DNA of 14,347 nucleotides from Candidatus Iainarchaeum sp. (GTDB lineage Archaea > Iainarchaeota > Iainarchaeia > Iainarchaeales > Iainarchaeaceae), in assembly GCA_038895675.1 (NCBI GenBank), contig JAWANB010000025.1, positions 1 to 14,347 of the forward strand. Direction: 5' to 3'. Of the stretch, positions 5,693-14,345 are shown in pieces. A program made the translations under genes and the position numbers. The notes beneath the pieces were generated by a model. It did not search any database, was not told the origin of the DNA, and saw nothing but the letters and a program-made list of their open reading frames with translations. How positions within the stretch are numbered: the first letter of the stretch is position 1; each line of letters begins with the position of its first letter.

Positions 5693-8600
5693 ATGAACGC
5701 ACTCAATATAAAGAAATTAGCTGCAGTTGCTACTGGTGCAGCTTTGCTCGGTACAGCTGTTGCTCCAATAGTTTCTGCAATAGCAGTGCAAAAAAGCGAT
5801 ATTTACGGTAGCGATGGCGCTCCTAAAGTAAACATAGTTGTTGGCTCAAAAGCCGCTGTTTCAGACGGTGTTTGGGCAGGAAACCTTGCTGCCAAAATTG
5901 CTGAAAAAGCAGTTACTACAAGAACAGTAAACGTTTCAGCAACAACACAAACCGGTGAAACACCTACTGCAAACTTAGACCTTTCAGACTTAACAGTCGA
6001 CGTAACAGTAGGCGGAACCGTAAGAATCGGCGGTTCAACAAAGAGAGATTCTGTGAGTATGAGTTCTAATAGTGGTGTAAAAGAAATTTTTAGGGCATTA
6101 GACGGCACTAACGATTCAAACGCTCTAACTAATGCAACTCTACCTCATTTGTTTAATGAGTCTTTGAGGCAGAAAGTCAATAATGGTGACCAAAAAAACG
6201 CTGTCACAAATTTGACAGTTCAAGAAAAAGTTGGTGCCAATGTTGATGTCAGGTTTGATCAAGACTCTGACATAAAAGACCTTATAGCAAAAATAGGTAG
6301 TGGAGATTTCACTTACCAAGTTACCTTAGGCTCATCAGCCAGCGGCCTCGACTTAGGTTCAACTTCCTTTACTGATGGCTCAGACGATGCTGTTCAATTG
6401 GTTTTGTTCGGCGAAAAATACGAACTTAGCGAAGCTAACTTAGGTTCTCAAAAGTATTTGAAGCTCGTCAAGTCAAGTGCAAGAGAGTCTTACAAAGAAG
6501 GAGATGTTATTGAAGGCTTGATTGGTGATGGTGAATTCAAAGGTAAGGAAATGAAAGTAAAGGTTGAACAAATTGTTTCTACAGGTGCAGCTACAACTTC
6601 TTACCAAGCAACTTTCAAATTGCTTGACAGTGAAGATAACGTGGTTGACACGAGAACAGTTTCTTCAGGTGAAAACCTCAAAGATGTTTTCAAAGATCGT
6701 TCTCAAAGCGAAGCTTTAGCAAGCAATCTTTATATTGACACGATTGCAACAGGAGCAACAACAGGTGTTGGCTATGTGGAAGTAACCAAGGGAACAAACA
6801 CAATTGAAATATATGATAATAAAGTATTCCCTTATAGTAGCACTCACACTGGTTCTAATCCATACATAGCAAGAATCGGCGTTGCTTCTGGAGACGCTAA
6901 TGCCTTGTACTCAATTACGATCTCCAACTCTGCTGAAGAGTGGGATGAAGAAAAATCAGGCTTTGATCAAGGTCCTTTGTATCCTACAAGGGCAGGTCAG
7001 TCTTTGACAGGCAAAACTGGTAGTGCTGCTTTGTTTGGACAATATTGGCCTGATGGTACTATAGGAAAAGGCTATGTCAAAGTTGAATTGCTTGGATTTG
7101 AAGGCGATGAAGAAAGAACAGAAGTAAAAATCGGTAAAGGTATTGAAAATTTGCCTTCAGGAACTAACGGCGGTTTGACTTTCTATGCTGATGATGATGG
7201 TAGAAGATACATACCATTCTACATCAAAGTTAACGACACTAACGGTTCATTCCAATTTGAAGGAAAGGACATTTCAGTGTTCTATGACTTTGGTGATAGT
7301 AAAGCAGCAACTAATGACGTAGAAGTAAAAATCGCTTCTGGTGACACTGTTAATGGTAGAGTTTGGACTATATTGACTGATGGGCCAGATGCAAACATAG
7401 TAGTTGCTGGTGTTGGGACGTTTGCCAAGTCTAACGGTGCAGAATTAAGTGATAATGATACTATTACCGTCGACGGTGTTACTTTCAAAATAAACGATGC
7501 AAACACTGGCGAAGATGGCAACAAAATGGTTGTTGCCGTTGACACTGCTGTAGAATTCTTCTACGGTAATGTAAATGATGATGCATCAGCCAAGAACGGC
7601 GCTATTGCCATCTATAATGCCTTTGCTGGCGGAACTTACGCCACTAAAGGTTCTTACGGAAGATTGTTGTTGAGTAATAACTCAACCTTTGATGGTAATA
7701 GCGGTGTGACAATTGGGCTTTACGGAAATAGTGCTGATAGAAGAGTCTATTATGCTGCCCAATACAATACCAACGACCTTTGGTTGTTGCTGGATGCTGA
7801 TGACTTTGGTGCAGGCCAAGGCGATGTAATCCAAAACAATCATGCAATAAGGTTCCTTGGAACAACAGTGCCAAACGACTCTTCTTATACTGAAGTGGCT
7901 GGTATACCTGGGTCATTCGCTGCAGGAACAGCAACTTCACAAACAGCAACAAACGGCACTGCCGTTCAATATGGCCACTACGTGCCAAAATTAACTGATT
8001 TCAATAATGCACCAGTTTACTCAGCTTCAGACGCATACTTTGTTGCTGAGTTTGTTGTAAATCCAGCAGCAGCTACAAATGATGCTGATGTCAATGTCTA
8101 CATTGACACCAAAGACGGTTCTCCTTTGGGACCATTCCCAATAGACAACTTGTCAAGTTACTCAGCAGCCGCAAAGTATCTTGGAACTCCAAGCATAACA
8201 ATTAGAAATGGCACGGATTCCACAGATATTAAAGCTGCTTGGACTGACAACGGAAGCAAGATTTGGGTTGATGGCGATACTGCAGTTTACGTCAGTATGC
8301 CACAGAACGCTGAGAAAGTTGAGGTAGTGTTCTACGGCAGCGAGGTTACTCGCGAAGTTTCCGGCGGAGAAAACTTGACCTTGAAGTTGAATGAAGAGAA
8401 GTCAACTTCTTCAGGTACAAAGGTTATTCTCAAGGCTGTGAACGGCGGTAAGTGCGATTTGAGCGGAGGAACTGGCGGAGCTGCTGTTTGTAAGGCAACT
8501 CCTGACAAGTACGTTTCGCCTGTCGCAATTAGAAGGCCTTTGGTCTACGTTGATACGGACCCAAGTTTGAGCGGAACCAACATTGTAGTTGGTGGCCACA

Positions 8601-8773
8601 TGGTCAACAAGCTTGCTTCAAAGCTCGCTGACAGGTTGACTAAGGCAGGCGACAGAGTTGCTGAAGTTGACTCTGTTTCTGGCAACATTTACGTTGCTGG
8701 TTATACAGCAGAGGATACTGGCAGGGCTGTCCAAGAGCTCATAGACGAAATTGACAAGTGGGAAGTAGCTTAA
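5693..8773 (+). CDS. S-layer protein (Methanococcales/Thermococcales-type S_layer_N/S_layer_C family with long variable middle)
   Basis: Signal peptide IKKLAAVATGAALLG...VSA. N-terminal motif NIVVGSKAAVSDGVWAGNLAAKI and C-terminal motif NIVVGGHMVNKLA...IYVAGYTAEDT..A..ELI. G/T/D/N-rich beta-type body with at least 15 N-x-S/T sequons. Strong SD and codon usage typical of high expression. Confidence 0.92.
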   Translation: MNALNIKKLAAVATGAALLGTAVAPIVSAIAVQKSDIYGSDGAPKVNIVVGSKAAVSDGVWAGNLAAKIAEKAVTTRTVNVSATTQTGETPTANLDLSDLTVDVTVGGTVRIGGSTKRDSVSMSSNSGVKEIFRALDGTNDSNALTNATLPHLFNESLRQKVNNGDQKNAVTNLTVQEKVGANVDVRFDQDSDIKDLIAKIGSGDFTYQVTLGSSASGLDLGSTSFTDGSDDAVQLVLFGEKYELSEANLGSQKYLKLVKSSARESYKEGDVIEGLIGDGEFKGKEMKVKVEQIVSTGAATTSYQATFKLLDSEDNVVDTRTVSSGENLKDVFKDRSQSEALASNLYIDTIATGATTGVGYVEVTKGTNTIEIYDNKVFPYSSTHTGSNPYIARIGVASGDANALYSITISNSAEEWDEEKSGFDQGPLYPTRAGQSLTGKTGSAALFGQYWPDGTIGKGYVKVELLGFEGDEERTEVKIGKGIENLPSGTNGGLTFYADDDGRRYIPFYIKVNDTNGSFQFEGKDISVFYDFGDSKAATNDVEVKIASGDTVNGRVWTILTDGPDANIVVAGVGTFAKSNGAELSDNDTITVDGVTFKINDANTGEDGNKMVVAVDTAVEFFYGNVNDDASAKNGAIAIYNAFAGGTYATKGSYGRLLLSNNSTFDGNSGVTIGLYGNSADRRVYYAAQYNTNDLWLLLDADDFGAGQGDVIQNNHAIRFLGTTVPNDSSYTEVAGIPGSFAAGTATSQTATNGTAVQYGHYVPKLTDFNNAPVYSASDAYFVAEFVVNPAAATNDADVNVYIDTKDGSPLGPFPIDNLSSYSAAAKYLGTPSITIRNGTDSTDIKAAWTDNGSKIWVDGDTAVYVSMPQNAEKVEVVFYGSEVTREVSGGENLTLKLNEEKSTSSGTKVILKAVNGGKCDLSGGTGGAAVCKATPDKYVSPVAIRRPLVYVDTDPSLSGTNIVVGGHMVNKLASKLADRLTKAGDRVAEVDSVSGNIYVAGYTAEDTGRAVQELIDEIDKWEVA

Positions 8774-8800
8774 AAGCTACTTTCTTTTCTTAATTTTTTT
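8761..8800 (+). terminator. Hairpin + U-tract terminator overlapping S-layer stop
   Basis: AAGTAGCT(8763-8770)-TAAA-AGCTACTT(8775-8782), followed by TCTTTTCTTAATTTTTTT. Confidence 0.75.
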
Positions 8801-9048
8801 TGCCCAAGAGGGTAACTCATTCTTTTTCTCTTTTTTGGTTTTTTTTGTAGGAATTGCTTTTAACTGCTTTTGAGGTATTTGTTTGTTCGTTTAAAGTTTT
8901 GCAGGGCTTTTATATTATTTTTTTTTCTTATTTTTGCAGGTTTTTACTTGAATTCATTACAGGCATTTTTTTCTAACTTGTTTTCACGTTTTTTTGTGGT
9001 GTTTTTAAGCCATTTTATTTTTTAAAGTTGTTGTGGGGAGTCTTTTTT

Positions 9049-9666
9049 ATGAACTCTAATGATTTTTATTTTTATTTTGGTGCTGTGCTTTTGGTTTTGA
9101 TAATAATACTCGGTAGTTATGTTTACTTTAACTATGATTTTTCTACTTATAAGCATGTTGTTGAGAGAAATGGTGTTTCTTTTGTCTCTAATACTGACGA
9201 GCCTTCTGTTGTGCTTGACAGGTTAAGGGCTTCTAATAACATATTGTTGGCTGTTGATTTCGTGCCTTTGGGCTCTCAAAACCAGTATTCTACTGATGCT
9301 GTCACGCTTTTTACTACTATTTTTGTTGCTAAGGGCCATAAAGTGACTTTGTTGGCTAGGGTCTTGGATGAAAAAGGTTCTGTTGTGTCTTGTAGTTCTA
9401 ACTTTGGCGATCCTAAGAGAAATGATGTTATTGATCTTGTTGAATGTTCTAAAATGTTTTCCGACTCTACTATGCCTTTATTATACGTTTCTTTACCTAA
9501 TGCTAATAATAGTAAAAGTTTGGTCATGCTTTCTGGTTCTCGTGTTGAGGTCTTTCCTAATTCTTTCGAGTCTTTCAGCAGTGTTTGTTTTGTCGTTGCT
9601 GAGGCTATTTATTCTGATGCCGCTCAATTGATTGGGACTGTGAATTTTTTGGTTGACAGACTTTGA
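9049..9666 (+). CDS. Membrane-anchored hypothetical protein (single N-terminal TM helix, Cys-containing soluble domain)
   Basis: ATG 9049 preceded by GGGGAG (9035-9040). Hydrophobic FYFYFGAVLLVLIIILGSYVYF; 205 aa. The stop overlaps the SD of the next gene. Confidence 0.8.
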   Translation: MNSNDFYFYFGAVLLVLIIILGSYVYFNYDFSTYKHVVERNGVSFVSNTDEPSVVLDRLRASNNILLAVDFVPLGSQNQYSTDAVTLFTTIFVAKGHKVTLLARVLDEKGSVVSCSSNFGDPKRNDVIDLVECSKMFSDSTMPLLYVSLPNANNSKSLVMLSGSRVEVFPNSFESFSSVCFVVAEAIYSDAAQLIGTVNFLVDRL

Positions 9667-9677
9667 GGTTTTTTTTC

Positions 9678-10970
9678 ATGGCTATAAGGTTAAGGACTAT
9701 TGTTATTTTTGTTTTTTTGATTGCTTTCATTTACTTTGTTTTGCGCTTTTTTTCAGTTTATTGGTTGTTGGTTTTGTTTAATGTTATTTTGCTTTTCGGC
9801 AACTTTGTTTTTCTCGTAACTTACTTTTCAATGCCTAATAAAGTTAGTAAGCCTCTTCCAAAGGATTTTCCTTTTGTTTCTATTATTGTTCCTAACTATA
9901 ATGGTTCAAGAACTTTGGTTAAGTGCATTGAGTCTTTGAAGGCTTTGCGTTATTCTGGGAAAAAAGAAATTATTGTTGTTGATGATGGTTCTGTTGACAA
10001 TTCTTTACAATTATTGCGTAAAATAAAGGGTATTAAGGTTATTGCTAAGAAAAATAATTCGGGAAAAGCAGCTGCTTTGAACACTGGCTTGAAAGTCGCT
10101 AAAGGCGAAATAGTTGCTACTATTGACTCTGATACTTTTCCTGCTCCTGACGCTTTGGAGAAAATGGTTGCTTTGTTTGATTCTAAGGATGTTGGTGCTG
10201 TAACTGGTTTGGTGCGTGTCTCTAATAAAAATGGTTTTTTGCAGTACTTGCAGGAAATAGAATACTTGGTTGCTTTTGCTTTTTTTCAAAGTGTTTTTTC
10301 TGAATTAAACAGTATGTTTTTTACTTCTGGTTCTATAAGCATTTATCGTAAATCTGTTTTGGTTAAAGTAGGTGGTTTTGATGAAAATAATATTAGTGAA
10401 GACATGGAAATTGCTATGCGTTTGCGTTATTATAATTATAGGATTGTTGCTTGTATTGATGCTCAAATTTTTACCGAGGTTCCTGATTCTTTTAGTAAAC
10501 TTTTCAAGCAGAGGTTAAGGTGGTATAGGGGCAAGTTTTTTAATAGTGCAAAGTATTCTCAAATGATTTTTAATCCTAAGTTTGGGGACTTTGGTGTTTT
10601 TGTTTTTCCTTTTTCTATTGTGACTGAGTTTTTAACTATTTTGGTTTTAATTGTGATTTTTGCTTCTAACATTGATAATTTGTTTAATTATTTTTCTTTT
10701 TTGTTTTCGTGGCTTGGTTTTGGCGGCGACTTTTTTGGTATTGTTTCTTCTCCAATTGGCTTTAATTCAAGCTTTTTTCTTTATTTTTTGACTTTGCTTT
10801 TTTATTCTTTTGTTGTTTACATTGCTCATAAGATTGTGAAAAACCATGATTTTAGTGTTTCTAAGGTACCTCATGTGTTTTTTTTTCTTTTCTTGTATAG
10901 TTTTTTTATTTCTTTAGTTTATTTGGTGAGTTTTTTCAAAGAAGTTAATAGGAGTGATTATAAGTGGTGA
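9678..10970 (+). CDS. Processive membrane GT2 glycosyltransferase (cellulose synthase/PgaC/IcaA/hyaluronan synthase-like)
   Basis: VSIIVPNYN, VVDDGS.D, GKAAALN, DSD, GGFD...SED and QRLRW give the D,D,D,QxxRW signature. Two N-terminal and several C-terminal TM segments. GAGGT at 9665-9669 precedes ATG 9678. Confidence 0.93.
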   Translation: MAIRLRTIVIFVFLIAFIYFVLRFFSVYWLLVLFNVILLFGNFVFLVTYFSMPNKVSKPLPKDFPFVSIIVPNYNGSRTLVKCIESLKALRYSGKKEIIVVDDGSVDNSLQLLRKIKGIKVIAKKNNSGKAAALNTGLKVAKGEIVATIDSDTFPAPDALEKMVALFDSKDVGAVTGLVRVSNKNGFLQYLQEIEYLVAFAFFQSVFSELNSMFFTSGSISIYRKSVLVKVGGFDENNISEDMEIAMRLRYYNYRIVACIDAQIFTEVPDSFSKLFKQRLRWYRGKFFNSAKYSQMIFNPKFGDFGVFVFPFSIVTEFLTILVLIVIFASNIDNLFNYFSFLFSWLGFGGDFFGIVSSPIGFNSSFFLYFLTLLFYSFVVYIAHKIVKNHDFSVSKVPHVFFFLFLYSFFISLVYLVSFFKEVNRSDYKW

Positions 10971-11623
10971 ATCGTTATTTTGTGGCTTTTGTTTTGACTT
11001 TTTTGGTCATTGGTTTTGGGCTTGTTTTGACAAAGTTTTTTGATGATAGTAGGATTAACGCTATTCTTGATTCTGTTGAATTTTCTGCTCTTGACTTGCA
11101 GTATACTAAACAGATTTCTGATTATGAAAATATTTTTGGTTTGCCTGAGAATTATTGTGTTATAATGACTAAGAGTATTGAGACTCAAAGTGTTGCTGTT
11201 AGAAAGGCTTATTTAGAGCTTCAGGCTGTTGAGACGCAAAATTTTTTGGGTAACTTGGATTTGTTGATTAAAAAGTATCATGTGCAAAACATTGAGCTTT
11301 ATTTGTTGTTGGAGAAGGCTCGTAAGAGTTGTTCTGACTTGCCTTTTCCTATAGTGTTTCTTTACAATAGGAATTCTTATTGTGCTGATTGCATTTCTCA
11401 AGGCAAGATTTTGGATAGTGTTGTTGCTAAGTGCAATAATGTTCGCAATAATGTTCGTGTTTTTGCTTTTCCTTTTGATGATAACATTCCTGTTGTTGAA
11501 TTGATTAAGGCTTCTCGTGGTATTGTCAAAGCTCCTTCTGTTGTTGTTGGTAAAATTACTTTTGATAGTTTGGTTTCTGAGCAAAAAATTTTGTCTTCTT
11601 TGCCTGAGGGCGTTTGTTCTTAA
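10964..11623 (+). CDS. Membrane-anchored protein with C-terminal thioredoxin-like (CxxC) domain
   Basis: N-terminal TM helix, helical linker, then IVFLY...YCADC, helix, VRVFAF, helix, GIVKAPSVVV (cis-Pro-like loop). The GTG start (10964 or 10967) overlaps the GT2 stop; AGGAG at 10950-10954. Confidence 0.82.
   Translation: MVNRYFVAFVLTFLVIGFGLVLTKFFDDSRINAILDSVEFSALDLQYTKQISDYENIFGLPENYCVIMTKSIETQSVAVRKAYLELQAVETQNFLGNLDLLIKKYHVQNIELYLLLEKARKSCSDLPFPIVFLYNRNSYCADCISQGKILDSVVAKCNNVRNNVRVFAFPFDDNIPVVELIKASRGIVKAPSVVVGKITFDSLVSEQKILSSLPEGVCS
11433..11457 (+). repeat. Perfect in-frame 12-bp tandem duplication
   Basis: GCAATAATGTTC x2 plus G, encoding NNVR-NNVR. Confidence 0.9.
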
Positions 11624-11648
11624 TTTCTTTGTTGCTTTTGTGGTTTTT

Positions 11649-12869
11649 ATGGTTGATGTTTTGAATTCTGACGATTCTTCCGAGGCAGTTTTTAGGAAGA
11701 AGCTTAAGAAGTTGGAGCAGTTTTCAGGTAGAGGCACTGAGTTGATTAGTGTTTATATTCCTTTTGGGACTGATAGAGGAGCTGTCACTAGCCAATTGAC
11801 TGAGGAAATTAGTCAGAGTTCTAACATAAAGAGTCCTACTACTAGAAAGAATGTTCAGGCTGCTTTGAGGAAGATTATTAATTTTTTGAAGCAAATTGAT
11901 TTTAGGATTCCTGAGAATGGTTTAGTAGTTTTTGCTGGCAATGTTTCTCAAACAGAAGGCAGGCAGGACATTAGGCTTTTTACTATCAGGCCTATTAAGG
12001 ATTTGAGGACTAAGCTTTATTGGTGTGATTCTAAGTTTCATCTTGAGCCTCTCAAAGAAATGACTAAGCCTTCTTCCGTTTATGGTTTGGTTGCCATTGA
12101 TAGGAGTGAAGCTACTGTTGCTGTGCTTTCTGGCAAGCGTTATGAGATTTTAGGGAAATTTACTTCTGGTTATTCTGGTAAGATGCGTGCCGGTGGTCAA
12201 AGTGCGCAGAGGTTTGAGAGGTTGAGAGAAGAGGCAGAGCAAGAGTTTTATAAGAGGATTAGTGAAAAGGTTAATTCTGCTTTTCTTGGTTATGGCGATA
12301 AGTTGCATGGCATTATAATTGGCGGTCCAGGAATGGCTAAGCAGTTTTTTGTTGATAAGGGCTTAATTGACCATAGGTTGAGGCAAAAAATTTTAGCCAT
12401 ACTTGACATTTCGTATACTGATGAAGGTGGTATCAGGGAGTTAATGCAAAAGTCAGAGCAAGTTTTGAAGGACACTGATATCATGAAAGAAAAAAAGGCT
12501 TTGGCTGAATTTCTTGAGGCTCTTGCTAAAAACGATCTTGCTACTTACGGCGAGAAAGAGGTTATTGAGGCTCTTAAGGCAGGTATGGTTTCTGTGGTGC
12601 TTGTTAGTGAAGGCATTGATTGGAATGTTTTCAAGTTGCTTGACCAAAAAAGCGGTTCTGAAGAGTATTTTGTTGATAAGTCTAATTCTGGGAAAGTCCC
12701 TGAAGGGTTTGAGGTTATTGAGGAAATGGAGTACCTTGATTATATTCAAGAATTGGCTTCAAAGACTTCTGCAAAGGTTCAAGTGGTTTCAGTTGAAAGT
12801 CCAGAGGGTGAACAATTTTTCAAAGGTTTTGGCGGTCTTGGAGCCATTTTAAGATACAAGATAAGGTAG
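11649..12869 (+). CDS. prf1: Archaeal peptide chain release factor aRF1
   Basis: GRGTELISVYIP, NIKS, YWCDSKF (YxCxxxF), GGQSAQRFERLR and GFGGLGAILRY. ATG 11649 is preferred; the ORF-track extension to 11517 overlaps the previous gene. Confidence 0.98.
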   Translation: MVDVLNSDDSSEAVFRKKLKKLEQFSGRGTELISVYIPFGTDRGAVTSQLTEEISQSSNIKSPTTRKNVQAALRKIINFLKQIDFRIPENGLVVFAGNVSQTEGRQDIRLFTIRPIKDLRTKLYWCDSKFHLEPLKEMTKPSSVYGLVAIDRSEATVAVLSGKRYEILGKFTSGYSGKMRAGGQSAQRFERLREEAEQEFYKRISEKVNSAFLGYGDKLHGIIIGGPGMAKQFFVDKGLIDHRLRQKILAILDISYTDEGGIRELMQKSEQVLKDTDIMKEKKALAEFLEALAKNDLATYGEKEVIEALKAGMVSVVLVSEGIDWNVFKLLDQKSGSEEYFVDKSNSGKVPEGFEVIEEMEYLDYIQELASKTSAKVQVVSVESPEGEQFFKGFGGLGAILRYKIR

Positions 12870-12873
12870 GTGT

Positions 12874-14121
12874 TTGTTTTTGACTGGAATAAATTATTAT
12901 ACTACGACAACAAAGAGTATTGGCGGTAAAATAAAAAAACGAGTTTCTGATTTTATTGTAAAAGAAATTTCTGTTGATGGCAAAGTTTTTGACATAATTT
13001 GCTTTAACGATAATGTTGTTTCGCAACCAAAAATATTCGTGCCTAATAATGAGAACAATTTTTCTTATCTTCACTTGACTTTAGAAAAATTTAATTTGGA
13101 TACTCATGAGGCAATACGTAGGCTTTGTAGAATTTTGCGTTTTTCTAAAAAGCGAGTTGGTTATGCGGGCTTGAAAGATCGTAGGGCAATTACTTCTCAA
13201 AGAATTTCTTTGTGGAAACCAGACTTAAAGCTTTTAGAAAACTTTAGGTCAAGGTACGTTGCTTTACATTCTCCAGAGTGGAGTCAAAATAGGGTTGAGA
13301 TAGGTTCTTTGAAAGGAAACTTTTTTGAAATAACTATACGTGAAATTTCTTTGCCAGAAGACGAATTAAGACAAGTGGTTGAAGAGTGTTTTAGGCAAAT
13401 GTCTTTCGGTGTTGCTAATTATTTTGGCGAACAGCGTTTTGGTGGTTCAAGGGAAATAACACATTTGGTTGGTAAAGAATTCATAAAAGGAAATATGGAA
13501 AGTGCGGTCATGCTTTACCTTACGAGTCCTTCTAAAGAAGAGCCTGAAATTGCTTTGGCGCGAAAGAATCTTTTAGAGTCAAGGGACTTTAAGAGGGCTT
13601 TGCGTGAGTTTCCTAAAAAGTTTAGGTATGAAAGAATAATTCTTCATCACTTGGTTAAATACCCGCGAGATTTTGTTGGCGCTTTTCAAAAATTGCCTAA
13701 ACATTTAGCTTATTTGTTTACTCACGCTTACCAAAGCTATCTTTTCAACTTGGTTATTAATGAAAGAATAAGAGCAGGTTTTGGTTTGAAGCCTATTGAA
13801 GGAGACTTTTTGACTGATGATGTTCCTTTAGGTCCTTTGTTTGGTTTTGATTTGGAATTGGCTAAAGGAAAAGCTGGTGAAATAGAAAAAAAGGTTCTTG
13901 AAAGTGAAGGTATAACCCTTGAAGATTTTAAGGTGCGTAGTTATCCTGAGTTGAGTTGTAAGGGTGCTCGTAAAAAAATTTCTGTTGTGCCAAAAGACTT
14001 GAAAATAATAGGAATATGTAAAGATGATTTCAGCGAAGGTAAATTAAAGTTGAAGATTAGTTTTTGGCTTGAAAAAGGTAATTATGCTACTACTATTTTG
14101 CGTGAGTTAACGAAAAACTGA
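12874..14121 (+). CDS. truD: tRNA pseudouridine(13) synthase TruD/Pus7
   Basis: GGKIK...DFIVKEI, GYAGLKDRRAITSQ (catalytic Asp), GNFFEITIR, NYFGEQRFG, HAYQSYLFN and GNYATTILRE. TTG start at 12874 or 12880 (AGGTG at 12868-12872). Confidence 0.96.
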   Translation: MFLTGINYYTTTTKSIGGKIKKRVSDFIVKEISVDGKVFDIICFNDNVVSQPKIFVPNNENNFSYLHLTLEKFNLDTHEAIRRLCRILRFSKKRVGYAGLKDRRAITSQRISLWKPDLKLLENFRSRYVALHSPEWSQNRVEIGSLKGNFFEITIREISLPEDELRQVVEECFRQMSFGVANYFGEQRFGGSREITHLVGKEFIKGNMESAVMLYLTSPSKEEPEIALARKNLLESRDFKRALREFPKKFRYERIILHHLVKYPRDFVGAFQKLPKHLAYLFTHAYQSYLFNLVINERIRAGFGLKPIEGDFLTDDVPLGPLFGFDLELAKGKAGEIEKKVLESEGITLEDFKVRSYPELSCKGARKKISVVPKDLKIIGICKDDFSEGKLKLKISFWLEKGNYATTILRELTKN

Positions 14122-14126
14122 TTTTT

Positions 14127-14345
14127 TTAGTTTTTCATTAGCTTAATGTAACTAATCAATTCTTCTATTTTTCTTCTTGGTCCTATAGTATTTAGAAATT
14201 TTTTATACGATTTTATTGCTATTTCTTGTGCTTGCTGTTCGTTTATTTCTAAATTTTCTTGCAAAAATTTTTTCAAGTAATTTTGAAAGTCTTCCAATTT
14301 TTTTATTTTTCCTGTCATAATTGCTTCTAAAAACAATGTTCTTAA
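14127..14345 (-). CDS. 3' end of a hypothetical protein (5' part probably outside window)
   Basis: The minus frame stays open to the window edge (...LRTLFLEAIMTGKIKK...). Amphipathic helical character. It converges on truD with a 5-bp gap. Confidence 0.6.
   Translation of the reverse strand, partial: LRTLFLEAIMTGKIKKLEDFQNYLKKFLQENLEINEQQAQEIAIKSYKKFLNTIGPRRKIEELISYIKLMKN

Noticed and set aside
5803..8599. Antisense ORFs within the S-layer gene
   Set aside because: These are typical shadows of a codon-biased gene.
9669..10886. T8 between the GT2 SD and ATG, and T9 at 10878-10886, as phase-variation tracts
   Set aside because: Runs of this length are common throughout this T-rich strand and the frame is intact.
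12867..12929. Amber stop of aRF1 as an autoregulatory read-through site
   Set aside because: Read-through gives only a short out-of-frame peptide over truD. No supporting signal is visible.
9276..13074. Overlapping or antisense ORFs across the GT2 trio, prf1 and truD, and the 11517 extension of aRF1
   Set aside because: They are shadows of confident genes. The extension overlaps the CxxC gene and lacks aRF1 similarity.
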